DNA of 64,000 nt from a bacterium (GTDB taxonomy: Bacteria > Zhuqueibacterota > Zhuqueibacteria > Residuimicrobiales > Krinioviventaceae), in the NCBI GenBank assembly GCA_963693055.1, contig OY843751.1, positions 5,568,001 through 5,632,000 on the forward strand. The letters are read 5' to 3'. Below, in pieces: positions 46,233 through 55,738 of the stretch (position 1 is its first letter; each line of letters opens with the position of its first letter). The position numbers and the translations under genes were made by a program. Below the pieces are notes generated by a model. That model did no database searches and was not told the origin of the DNA. It saw only the letters and a program-made list of their open reading frames with translations.

Positions 46233-46958
46233 TTCATTTTTAACTTTTTTTCCTACTGATTCAAAAACTGATAATAATTCTACATAGGTTCCTTCTCCTC
46301 CTATAAAATCCCAGTATTCTTTACCTATAAGAACACAATTGTCTGTTTTCATATCAAATATTTTGGATGGAATAGACCAATTATAATCTTCTCTCTTTTC
46401 ACCTCCAGGATTATAATATAAACTAAAATATGTATTTAATTTAGGATCATGAGCTTTTAATAATAACATATCCTTTTTTGCTATTTCCGTTTGATCAATA
46501 TTCGGTTTTACCGTCTTGATAGAGAAAAAATTTTCTACACCATCTCTTTTTATCCATAAATCAAATATTAATCTTTGAGTTACGTAATCTCCTTTCTTAA
46601 AAGAACACACTCTTTTCAATTCACGGTTCCAATTTGGTTTACTACTGCCATCTCTTAAAGCATTTAATAGTCTAGATATCTCATCAGTAGCTCCCTTATT
46701 AATCTCTGCTTGAATTTCCTTTTGCCGTGTACATTCCGCACCAGAATCAATAGCTATTAATTTTGATATTTCTTCGATTGGCCCTTGACCAAAGGAAGTT
46801 GAAAAGGACCTTTCAAACGCAGATGCCAACAATAATTCTTTTGTTAAAAGTAATTCATGAAAAGGTTTTAAAGTTTTTTCTTTTTTAATTCTTTTCAAAG
46901 CACGAGATACACACGAATTAAGAACATTTTCAATAGCTTTAATTGTCTCACTTTTCAT
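46212..46958 (-). CDS. Type II restriction endonuclease, TdeIII/HgiBI-like family
   Basis: PFH, FERSFSTSFGQ, IK..KPN.DQ, YYNP, VLIG.EYWDFIGG.GTY..LL..F..VG; convergent with the MTase, overlapping by 21 nt. Confidence 0.85.
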   Translation of the reverse strand: MKSETIKAIENVLNSCVSRALKRIKKEKTLKPFHELLLTKELLLASAFERSFSTSFGQGPIEEISKLIAIDSGAECTRQKEIQAEINKGATDEISRLLNALRDGSSKPNWNRELKRVCSFKKGDYVTQRLIFDLWIKRDGVENFFSIKTVKPNIDQTEIAKKDMLLLKAHDPKLNTYFSLYYNPGGEKREDYNWSIPSKIFDMKTDNCVLIGKEYWDFIGGEGTYVELLSVFESVGKKVKNELKVLSK

Positions 46959-47410
46959 TTAGTCCCCAAAATAAAATTAATCTTTTTAATAACTCCTGAA
47001 TACAATTCCTTTTTCTTTAAATCGTGTTCCCAAAATCTAACAACCGTTATTCCCTGTTCTTTCAGTATTCTTGTGACTCTTTTATCTCTTGCTCTATTTT
47101 TATTCAGCTTCGCTTCCCAAAACTCAGATCGTGTTTTAGGTATATGCCCACATTTTGGACACCCATGCCAATAGCATCCATCAACAAAAATAGCTACTTT
47201 ATGCTTTGGGAAATAAAAGTCTGGTTTGCCTTGTAGGTTCTTATAATTTAATTTCCATCCTTTAATGCTGTTCCTAACTAATAACATTTTCAATTTAATT
47301 TCTGTTGACTTGTTATTTTTACCTCTAATTTTTGACATTGTTTTTGAATGTTTTTCTAAAACATTATCAAACTTGCCATTTTTTAAATATTTTTTGAGGT
47401 CTTTTTCCAT
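46955..47410 (-). CDS. vsr: Very short patch repair endonuclease
   Basis: MSKIRGKN..TE, GKPDF, FVDGCYWHGCP, FW..K...NR.RD, RFWEH. Confidence 0.93.
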   Translation of the reverse strand: MEKDLKKYLKNGKFDNVLEKHSKTMSKIRGKNNKSTEIKLKMLLVRNSIKGWKLNYKNLQGKPDFYFPKHKVAIFVDGCYWHGCPKCGHIPKTRSEFWEAKLNKNRARDKRVTRILKEQGITVVRFWEHDLKKKELYSGVIKKINFILGTK

Positions 47411-47446
47411 TACAACAACTACTATAAATGCAATAATGATTCCTTA

Positions 47447-48382
47447 CTAACTCACACCAAATACACGTTTTGAAAACGCTACGTTGGTTTTGGTATCTGC
47501 TTCAAACTCGTTTTTGCGGCCGCTGGTTTCAAGCACCAGCCATTTGTCATAACTGATGTCCATAAGGGCTTTTGAGCATGCGTTCATATCCACCATGGCC
47601 TTGTCGTCACCCAGGATTTTGGTTTTCCAGTCCTTGAGATGCACTTCGCAAATACGGTCGTTGCCCAACTTGCGGATCTCTGCCGGCACATTATATCCAT
47701 TGCCCCACGAGTTGCCCACGTCGTAATACACCTGCGCTATGGGAGAGCCGATTCCTTCAATGATCTCTAGATTTTGTCGGGCGGACAAGGTATTTTCCAG
47801 TCCCAATACTACTCCCGCGGCTTCGGCGCGTGGCGCAATCTGTTTCAAACAATCAATGACCTTTTCCACACGGGCATCATCCAGTTCGTGCTCTTTGTAT
47901 CCGTTTATAGTTTTGGTATAATATTTACCATCCGCGTCTTTTTTCAACAAGTCTCCGTTGCCGAAAAACGCAATCAGAATATTCTTTGCACCCAGAGCCT
48001 GAGCCGCTTCAATCGCATCAATCACATATACCGCGGATTGGGGTTCAGTAGCCAATGCATATTTGTTCAAAATACTGCCTGCCGCAACCGAGTGAAAGGT
48101 AATGCCATGCTTTTTACCCAACTCGACATATTGCTGGCGTACTTTTGGGTCGCGCAGTGGCACATTATCGGGACTTGTTGCCACGCTTACCTGAATACCC
48201 TGCAAAGTAACCTCGGCAGCTTTGGCAATGATATCGGGATTAGCAGAACCTTTGGGCAGGTTCCAGTCGCACATACCAATTCCCGCTGGGGATGTCCCCG
48301 CAAATAGGGATGAATTTACCAATCCGGCAGCCATAACAGCAGCACCGGAGGTTTTAATAAACGATCTGCGGTCCATAATCAT
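47447..48382 (-). CDS. Tat-exported sugar-phosphate isomerase/epimerase (xylose-isomerase-like TIM barrel)
   Basis: DRRSFIK Tat motif; LGLEN, YYDVGN, HLKD, LET. Confidence 0.87.
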   Translation of the reverse strand: MIMDRRSFIKTSGAAVMAAGLVNSSLFAGTSPAGIGMCDWNLPKGSANPDIIAKAAEVTLQGIQVSVATSPDNVPLRDPKVRQQYVELGKKHGITFHSVAAGSILNKYALATEPQSAVYVIDAIEAAQALGAKNILIAFFGNGDLLKKDADGKYYTKTINGYKEHELDDARVEKVIDCLKQIAPRAEAAGVVLGLENTLSARQNLEIIEGIGSPIAQVYYDVGNSWGNGYNVPAEIRKLGNDRICEVHLKDWKTKILGDDKAMVDMNACSKALMDISYDKWLVLETSGRKNEFEADTKTNVAFSKRVFGVS

Positions 48383-48391
48383 TTCCTTGTA

Positions 48392-49615
48392 TTATTTTCG
48401 TTCGATGGAGACAATGGTCATGTCATCCACCATTTGTCCGTTTTCGTTAAATTGTCTGGCCATATCTGCCAGATTGTTAGAAAGGATAACCGGGTCTGCA
48501 TCAAGATTCGCGGTAATGGTGTCACACAAATGATGTACTTCTAAAAACTCCCCCTTGCTGTTCTGGGCCTCACTTAGGCCATCCGTAAACATGAACAAAC
48601 AATCGCCTTTTTCAAGGGTAACCTCGGAAATCTCTCCCGGTTTATACAGCGCATCTTCAAGCATACCCAACAGCATACCGTTAATGTTGAGCTTTTCAAT
48701 TTCTTTTTCATCGCGTTTCAAAAGTAAAGGATACGGAATGCCACCATTCAACAATTCACAGTTGCCGGTTTCCGTATAAATCACAGCCAAAAGACTTGCG
48801 GCAAAGATCTCTTTGGGCAGTCCACGGTACATGACCTTGTTGATCCCCCGCATGATATCTACAGCACTGGCAGTCGAGTTTTTTAATCCGCTGACTGCAA
48901 ACTTGACCAATGCGGTACATAGCGCTGCCTGAATGCCGTGACCGGTAAGGTCTACCAGAATCACTGCCAGGCGATTATCAGAAAGCGGGATCACATCGTA
49001 AAAATCTCCGCCAATATCAAACGCGGGCTGATATAGATTGTGAACTGCTATACCATTGTGTTCAACTCTTTCGGGACCAATCAAATTTGAATGGATGCGC
49101 TTGGCAAAGGTCATTTCTTCCTGCAAAAGATTGTTCACCTGAAACAACTCGTCACGTTGGCGCAAAATGGTGTCTATCTCGCGAATTTTAACCTTTAGTG
49201 TCTGTTCCAGATTCTTGTTGTCCAGACCGTTCTTGATGACCAATTTCAGATTATCATTGTCCCAGGGTTTTTGAATATACTGGAACAGTCCCACATCATT
49301 AATACCTTTGATAGCATTTTCCTTGTCCGCGTAACCGGTTAACAACACACGCGGCACATCGGGATACCGGTTACGGATCTCGGCCAAAAACTCGAGTCCG
49401 TTCATATCCGGCATTAAAAAATCGGCAATTACCAAGTCAGGCTGGTTCAGGGAAAGGTCTTCTATAGCCTCCCGTGGAGAAAGGTAGGTCAATACCTGGT
49501 AATCGGTCTCCATTTCCAAAAAGGATTTAATGGAGCGTGTTACCAACTCTTCATCATCCACAACAGCTACAACCGGAGATTTGGGTTTAAATTCGGGATT
49601 TTCTATTTTTTTCAC
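48392..49615 (-). CDS. Response regulator fused to SpoIIE/PP2C phosphatase (RsbU/RsbP-like)
   Basis: VVDDE, ADFLMP, LLTGY; GGDFYD, DLTGHG, FTDGL.EA, DDMT. Confidence 0.93.
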   Translation of the reverse strand: MKKIENPEFKPKSPVVAVVDDEELVTRSIKSFLEMETDYQVLTYLSPREAIEDLSLNQPDLVIADFLMPDMNGLEFLAEIRNRYPDVPRVLLTGYADKENAIKGINDVGLFQYIQKPWDNDNLKLVIKNGLDNKNLEQTLKVKIREIDTILRQRDELFQVNNLLQEEMTFAKRIHSNLIGPERVEHNGIAVHNLYQPAFDIGGDFYDVIPLSDNRLAVILVDLTGHGIQAALCTALVKFAVSGLKNSTASAVDIMRGINKVMYRGLPKEIFAASLLAVIYTETGNCELLNGGIPYPLLLKRDEKEIEKLNINGMLLGMLEDALYKPGEISEVTLEKGDCLFMFTDGLSEAQNSKGEFLEVHHLCDTITANLDADPVILSNNLADMARQFNENGQMVDDMTIVSIERK

Positions 49616-49687
49616 CTGTAATCAAACATACATAATAAAATCTAAATTATGCATTTAAACTTCAATAAGCAAGACAATGTATAAAAT

Positions 49688-50623
49688 TTATCTCAATCCA
49701 ACATCACTCAACCAGAATTTCAATGTCTCGCAGTCTTTTTTCATGGCTTTGAGCGAATTCTTTTGAACTTCTTTTTCCGTACGTCCTTCAACTTTCCATT
49801 CAAAATGCTGAATGATAGATCCGTTATAACCGGTCTCTTTCAACATGGCAAAAAAGTCTTTATTGACCATGCCGTCTCCAAGCGGACCCCAGTTGGCCCG
49901 CCAGCGGCCCTTTTTATCTTTGCCCCATGTAAAATCTTTAACAATCACAATCTTTGTTAATGGTCGCATCAGTCGGGCATTCACCGGCCATACATATCCG
50001 CCTTCCACAGTTGAATGACCAATATCAAAAGCAGAACCAATCGCGTTGATATCCATATCCTTGATCATATCGTACAAATCCCACAAAGGGGCGCCCACAT
50101 ATTGGGTCCCTGAATGGTTCTGGAACGCCGCACAAAGTCCAAGCTCTATATTTATATCCGCAATAGCCTGTAATTGTTCCTTAATTTTTATCATTTGATC
50201 GGGTATGGGTTTGTCCAGATCATACTTCCAACCGCCAATGCGATACAGCTTGACACCCGTTTTTTTCAGAGTTGATAAAATGGTTCTGGCGTGTGGTTCT
50301 GCCAGATCATGAAAGCTGACCGTAGCCATAAACATTTCAAGATTATTGTTCTTTAAAGCCTCTACCATTTTCGGCAGGTCTTCTTCTACCCGCTCCGGCA
50401 GCACATGGCCTTTGGGTCGGACCGGGCACTCTATACCGTCCCAGCCGATCTCGGTCACTGCGTCTGCGGTATCCTTGTAATTCAGCCATTGTAAATGTTT
50501 GGAAAATACACCTATTTTCACTCCGGATTGTGCCGCACCAGCAGGTTTTACAGATCCCAGACCAAGAGCCGCACCTGCTATCGCAGATTTTATCATAAAA
50601 TCACGACGATCCATTTTTTCCAC
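49688..50623 (-). CDS. Tat-exported sugar-phosphate isomerase/epimerase (TIM barrel)
   Basis: DRRDFMI Tat motif; FSKHLQ, VRPKGHV.PE, QNHSG, FDIGH, VKDF. Start taken at GTG 50623 after GAGGAGG. Confidence 0.87.
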   Translation of the reverse strand: MEKMDRRDFMIKSAIAGAALGLGSVKPAGAAQSGVKIGVFSKHLQWLNYKDTADAVTEIGWDGIECPVRPKGHVLPERVEEDLPKMVEALKNNNLEMFMATVSFHDLAEPHARTILSTLKKTGVKLYRIGGWKYDLDKPIPDQMIKIKEQLQAIADINIELGLCAAFQNHSGTQYVGAPLWDLYDMIKDMDINAIGSAFDIGHSTVEGGYVWPVNARLMRPLTKIVIVKDFTWGKDKKGRWRANWGPLGDGMVNKDFFAMLKETGYNGSIIQHFEWKVEGRTEKEVQKNSLKAMKKDCETLKFWLSDVGLR

Positions 50624-50710
50624 GATTACCTCCTCACAAAGATGACGGATGATTATAAATATAGAATAAGAAAAATTTGGATAATAGCAAAAGATTTTTT
50701 CGAAAAGCAT

Positions 50711-50737
50711 TAGGGGATTTCTGCATTAATACGTATT
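50711..50737 (+). promoter_or_regulatory. Candidate ECF-sigma promoter upstream of the sigma gene
   Basis: TAGGG-N13-ATACGTATT, repeated with identical spacing at 51333. Confidence 0.6.
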
Positions 50738-50758
50738 ATAAGAATACATCCCCAGGGG

Positions 50759-51328
50759 ATGTCAACCCTATACAACAACGAATCCCGGAATTTTGTTTAT
50801 ATGAAAGTCCCAGACACACGCACCGATCGTCAGCTGGTATGCCTGATCCGTAATGGAGATATAGATGCCTTTCAAGTCCTGTATTATCGCTACACGGACG
50901 ATCTCTTTCGCTTTATCTTTTCCCGCCTGGGAGACAGGGAAACCGCCATTGACTATGTACAGGATATTTTCCTGCAAGTCTGGGAAAAACGAGCAGCACT
51001 CAATCCCGATGCGTCGGTCAAAGCCTATATGTTTAAAACAGCACACAACCGGTTGATTGACCATTTCCGTAAAAGCAGTACGCGCAAAACACATACTTTT
51101 GACATATTGCCGGACTCGCCAGAGCATGCGGACAATCCCGAATTGCAGACCCGTGTAAAAATCGCTATCCATCAACTGCCTGAAAAAGAAGCCCTCGTTT
51201 TTCACCTCTCCCGCTTTGATGGATTCAGCTATAAAGAGATTGCGCAAATCTGTCAGGTCTCGGTAAAAACGGTTGAAAAACGCATGAGCAATGCGTTGAA
51301 ACACCTGAGAAAACATATTCTGGAATAG
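50759..51328 (+). CDS. ECF RNA polymerase sigma-70 factor (FecI-like)
   Basis: AF..LY.RY, DYVQDIFL.VW, region 4 LP...VF.LSR..G.SYKEIA....SVKTVE. Confidence 0.93.
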   Translation: MSTLYNNESRNFVYMKVPDTRTDRQLVCLIRNGDIDAFQVLYYRYTDDLFRFIFSRLGDRETAIDYVQDIFLQVWEKRAALNPDASVKAYMFKTAHNRLIDHFRKSSTRKTHTFDILPDSPEHADNPELQTRVKIAIHQLPEKEALVFHLSRFDGFSYKEIAQICQVSVKTVEKRMSNALKHLRKHILE

Positions 51329-51332
51329 ACGG

Positions 51333-51359
51333 TAGGGTAATTAACAAATCATACGTATT
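51333..51359 (+). promoter_or_regulatory. Candidate ECF-sigma promoter upstream of fecR
   Basis: TAGGG-N13-ATACGTATT, 4 bp after the sigma stop codon. Confidence 0.6.
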
Positions 51360-51375
51360 CTGTTATGAAAAAAGT

Positions 51376-52350
51376 TTGGAAAAAATCATGAAAACAGATC
51401 TATTGGTCAAACATATCGCCAACCAAACCACAACACGGGAAACAACACAGGTGGAAAAATGGTGCGCGCAATCTAAAGAGAATAAAGCCGATTATGATTC
51501 TCTATTGCAAACCTGGCAGCATATTGAGACACCCGCTTTTGAATTTCCCAAGGAACAGGGTTGGCAATCCATTGCTCAAAAGATCAAATCTACCGAGTCC
51601 CCATCAACATTCACCCCGGAACGTTCCGCACCCAGGTTCCGGTTTCACAGTGGATTTGCCTGGGCCGGTGCTCTGGTTGTTATCGTTCTTCTGGTTCTGT
51701 TTCAAGCTGTACCCCAATACCAAACCCGGACCCTCATAACCGCAAAAGGAGAACAGATCTCGGTTCAACTGCCCGATGGCTCTACCGCCACCCTCAATGC
51801 CGGCAGCAGTTTGTCCTTTCCCAAACGATTCAAAACCGAGCGACGCGTAGAACTGGATGGCGAAGCGTTTTTCAATGTTACAAAATCATCCAAACCTTTT
51901 ATCGTTTGTACCGGTAATGCACAGGTACTGGTGCTGGGCACCTTATTTAATGTGTGGAGCCGCAATAACGAAACCCGTGTTGCTGTAGAATCGGGTACTG
52001 TTAGCCTGAGCGGAATGGAAACCGATTCCACACTCGTACTGCAAGCGGGACAAGCAGCCATTGTGGAAAACGGTAACTTGCCGCAATACAAGCCCAACGC
52101 CAACATGGATGCTTATCTGGACTGGCTCAGCGGATCACTGGTATTCAATCAAACGACCCTTTCCGAGATCATTGGCGATCTGGAAAGACAATACAATGTG
52201 TATATCACAACCGAAAACATCAATGCGGATACATTCACGGTCACCGGCTCTTTTACAGATATGCCCATAGACGAAGTGTTAGATACAATCTGCCTAACCC
52301 TTGACCTTCGCTGTTACCAGGCAGCCGGAATGTATACCATCAGTAATTAG
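51376..52350 (+). CDS. FecR-family anti-sigma factor
   Basis: TM helix; LPDGS...LNAGS, RRVELDGEAFF.V, VLGT.FNV, L.F....L..I...LER.Y. Confidence 0.93.
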   Translation: MEKIMKTDLLVKHIANQTTTRETTQVEKWCAQSKENKADYDSLLQTWQHIETPAFEFPKEQGWQSIAQKIKSTESPSTFTPERSAPRFRFHSGFAWAGALVVIVLLVLFQAVPQYQTRTLITAKGEQISVQLPDGSTATLNAGSSLSFPKRFKTERRVELDGEAFFNVTKSSKPFIVCTGNAQVLVLGTLFNVWSRNNETRVAVESGTVSLSGMETDSTLVLQAGQAAIVENGNLPQYKPNANMDAYLDWLSGSLVFNQTTLSEIIGDLERQYNVYITTENINADTFTVTGSFTDMPIDEVLDTICLTLDLRCYQAAGMYTISN

Positions 52351-52360
52351 GGGAAAATAA

Positions 52361-54910
52361 ATGAAACACCTGAATACCATATTGCTCTTTTTCACTATCA
52401 GCTTAACAGCCTTTGCTCAAACTCTCGACTCGCTGACCTTTCAGTTCAGCGATCTCACCCTGCGCCAGGCATTGCAAGAGATCAGTACCCAAACCGGTGT
52501 GCAGTTTATTTTCAGTGATGCTTTAATTGATGGCAAATCTGTAAACGGCTGCTACGCAGGTGCCTCTATCGATTCCACGTTGCACCATCTCTTGACAGAT
52601 ACACAAATCGCTTTTAGACATATCAAAAACGGACGTATTGTGCTACATCCGTCCGATCAACGTATTATAAAAGGTTATGTTTACGACGCCGAAAATGGCC
52701 AGGGACTGCCTTTTGCCAACATTACCCTCAAAGGCACAGACCACGGTACTGCCGCCAACGATCAGGGTTATTTTGCTCTCGCGAACCACATTACCGATCC
52801 TTGTACGTTATCGGTGAGTTACATCGGTTATCAGCCAGGCGAGGTGATAGCCGATGTTCAGGGGGGGACATCACCGGTCAACGTACCCCTGGCCAATGAT
52901 CCCATTATGACGCGCGAGCTGACAGTTACCAGTCAAAAGACTCCCCTTTTAGAGCTTCAGGGCTCACCCGGCTATATCAAATTCGCTCCGGAACAGATGG
53001 AAGCCATTCCCTCTACTGGCCCCAACGAGCTGCATCGTGCAATCCAGTTTATGCCGGGTGTCAGCGGTATACAGGAAAAACCCGAAGGACTGTACGTAAT
53101 GGGCGGCACCCCGGACCAGAATCTGGTGTTACTGGACGGAATGCCCATTTACAAATCCACCCATTTCTTTGGTCTGGTAAGTGCGTTCCACCCGGACGCT
53201 ATTGATTCTGTGGAACTGCACCTCAGCGGATATCCCGCACAATACGGCGGACACCTTTCAAGCGTTATGCAGTACCATGTGGACAGTGCCATTGGCAAGC
53301 CTCTCAAACTCGGCGCGGGAGTGGATTTTATGCAAATGTACGCACACGCACGCGTGCCAGTGTCTGACAAAATCGGGGTGACGCTGGCGGCGAGGAGAAC
53401 ATTTCTCGACTTTGCAAGGCCGCAAAGTTATAGCTCTGTTTATGGTTTTTTAACAAAAAACCCATCTTATTACAGTGCACCTGTATATACTTATCATGAT
53501 ATATCTGCAAAAATACAATATATTACTAACCAAAATACTAACATTGAGGCATCTAGCTATTATAGTAGAGACTATGTGGACAGAAACGATACTGAAGGTT
53601 CCTATAATTCGATTAGCAATTATAACAAATGGTACAACAAAGCCCTGGGATTAAAAATAGATAAAAAACTTTTCCCCATATTTTATAGCAGATTCACAGC
53701 ATCATATTCTGAATTACAATCAAATTTTAAAAGAATTGATCCGTTTCCCTTTGGCTTTAGTTACGACGTGGGTAGCCTGTTCTTTGAAAACACAAATCAT
53801 TTGGTTTACTATAATATAAAACTGGATAATTCTTTAGCAATTACACCCAACGCAAAGATTCATTTTGGATTGGAAAAGCAAAATTATGAATTGGATTTCA
53901 GTCATACGCGCATGTATGAAATTGATCCTGCAAATTATAACATTACTTCCAATACAGGTAGCTATGGAACGAAAAGTTCACATATCATATATAATGGATA
54001 TGTACATACTGAATTTCAGTTTAAAAGCCTTAACCTTGAGCCGGGCTTTCGTATTAACCGCCTGGAACAGAACCTGGAATACAGTACAGAACCCCGTTTT
54101 ACAGCAAATTTCAAATGGAATAATCTAAAATTGTTTGCTCACTGGGGACACTATCATCAATATACCTATGAAAAATATGGAGAAATTTATTTCAATGGCA
54201 ACTCGCCCTGGTGGAATTTTTCGCAATCACCCTCATTTTCGGTCAACCGCTCCAGTGGAGTCAAATACACTAATCCTTTGTTTAATATTGAACTTGAAGG
54301 CTACCAAAAATCCTTCAACAATCTTAATCTTCCCGTCGCTAATGACGGGGAATATATGACAGGCAGCGGTAGCAGCCATGGTATGATAGCCTCTCTGGCT
54401 TTTAATTGGAAAAACTATAAGGCCTGGTGCAGTTATCACTGGTCAGATTCAGATTATACAATCCCCAATTTCAATGAAGGACTTTCGTTCCCACTGAATT
54501 TCCATCGAAAGCACGAATTAAAAATGATGATACAATCCACCCATCGCGGATGGGACTGGACCATATCCGGAATTCTAGCAAGTGGTCAACCCTTTACTCC
54601 AATTAGATCATATTATTCTTTATATGATCTAAACAATCATGATATTACTGTCATTCAACAAGGTACATTTAATTCTGCAAGAATGGGTAATTATAGCCGT
54701 TGTGATGTAAAGCTATCTCGCCAATTTAAAAACAAACTTGATCTGGACTGGACGACTGGCATCGTTTGGTTAAATTTCCTTGAAGATGATAATTTATGGA
54801 GATATGATTCATATCAGGCATATTATTCATGGCAGGAAAAAAAGGACATGCTTTCATTTGTATTTTTATTCTTTATACAAGCTGAATTCAATGGAAAGGA
54901 TAATCGATGA
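52361..54910 (+). CDS. TonB-dependent receptor/transducer (STN, carboxypeptidase-regulatory-like, plug, beta-barrel)
   Basis: Signal peptide; STN-like LRQALQEIS.QTG..FIFS; IKG.VYDA..G..LPFANI; MPGV, V.GG.PDQNLVLLDG, GYPAQYGG.LS. Confidence 0.9.
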   Translation: MKHLNTILLFFTISLTAFAQTLDSLTFQFSDLTLRQALQEISTQTGVQFIFSDALIDGKSVNGCYAGASIDSTLHHLLTDTQIAFRHIKNGRIVLHPSDQRIIKGYVYDAENGQGLPFANITLKGTDHGTAANDQGYFALANHITDPCTLSVSYIGYQPGEVIADVQGGTSPVNVPLANDPIMTRELTVTSQKTPLLELQGSPGYIKFAPEQMEAIPSTGPNELHRAIQFMPGVSGIQEKPEGLYVMGGTPDQNLVLLDGMPIYKSTHFFGLVSAFHPDAIDSVELHLSGYPAQYGGHLSSVMQYHVDSAIGKPLKLGAGVDFMQMYAHARVPVSDKIGVTLAARRTFLDFARPQSYSSVYGFLTKNPSYYSAPVYTYHDISAKIQYITNQNTNIEASSYYSRDYVDRNDTEGSYNSISNYNKWYNKALGLKIDKKLFPIFYSRFTASYSELQSNFKRIDPFPFGFSYDVGSLFFENTNHLVYYNIKLDNSLAITPNAKIHFGLEKQNYELDFSHTRMYEIDPANYNITSNTGSYGTKSSHIIYNGYVHTEFQFKSLNLEPGFRINRLEQNLEYSTEPRFTANFKWNNLKLFAHWGHYHQYTYEKYGEIYFNGNSPWWNFSQSPSFSVNRSSGVKYTNPLFNIELEGYQKSFNNLNLPVANDGEYMTGSGSSHGMIASLAFNWKNYKAWCSYHWSDSDYTIPNFNEGLSFPLNFHRKHELKMMIQSTHRGWDWTISGILASGQPFTPIRSYYSLYDLNNHDITVIQQGTFNSARMGNYSRCDVKLSRQFKNKLDLDWTTGIVWLNFLEDDNLWRYDSYQAYYSWQEKKDMLSFVFLFFIQAEFNGKDNR

Positions 54911-55731
54911 AAAAGATATTAATATCAACTTTGTTACCCTTGCTGTTTTTAATTGCATGTGACAAGATAGAAAATCCTGTAATTTCTAAAGGAGAAGGTA
55001 TTGTAATACAAGCTTATCTTTATGCGAATAGGCCCGTTAATGATATTAAAATTTCTACTTTGGCATCTTTTGATGAATCAAGTTGGCAAAAACCCATTAA
55101 TAATGCAAAGGTTTTTCTCTATAAAAACAATAATGCATTCCCTCTAACATTGATCCCTGGTGACAGCGGGTATTACCAATACGAGGGAGATGACTTGTCT
55201 ATAAATGCGGGTGATTCAATCTCCATATCCGTTACCCATAATGGAATAACCGCCACAGCAAATACATGGGTACCTTATAAACCATCAATTACATATTTAT
55301 CCAAAGACACATTATTTATTAGCCAACCTTCTCACTATTCTGGAATTCCGGAGCATATGTTCTCCGTTGAATGGACCTCTCCTGACAGCGAAAATGTCTA
55401 TTACATCTATGATATCACCCCACAATTCAAATCCTATTGGTCTTGGAGGTACTTTTCATCAATCAATTCAGGATCCTATAAAACATTTGAAAATCACTGG
55501 TCACAAACACAGGCAACTATGGATCTCTTTTTTTATAGTCTTGAAGACATGGGGAAATACACTTTTTATGTGCACAGAGTAAATATGGAATATATTAATA
55601 TGGTTTCATATAGATTCATGCTGGATAATAAATTCATAAAAACAGAATCAAATATAAAAAACGGTTATGGTATTTTTACCGCATTCAATAGTGATAGCTG
55701 TGAAATATACATACTAGCAAGTAACGAGTGA
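54907..55731 (+). CDS. DUF4249-like lipoprotein partner of the receptor
   Basis: Lipobox LIAC; VIQAYL, PI.NA.V, SNIKNGYGIFTA; ATGA overlap with the receptor gene. Confidence 0.8.
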   Translation: MKKILISTLLPLLFLIACDKIENPVISKGEGIVIQAYLYANRPVNDIKISTLASFDESSWQKPINNAKVFLYKNNNAFPLTLIPGDSGYYQYEGDDLSINAGDSISISVTHNGITATANTWVPYKPSITYLSKDTLFISQPSHYSGIPEHMFSVEWTSPDSENVYYIYDITPQFKSYWSWRYFSSINSGSYKTFENHWSQTQATMDLFFYSLEDMGKYTFYVHRVNMEYINMVSYRFMLDNKFIKTESNIKNGYGIFTAFNSDSCEIYILASNE

Positions 55732-55738
55732 GAAAAAA

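Noticed and set aside
44702-47450. Integrative element or prophage at tRNA-Lys
   Set aside because: No integrase, no phage genes and no duplicated tRNA 3' end found downstream.
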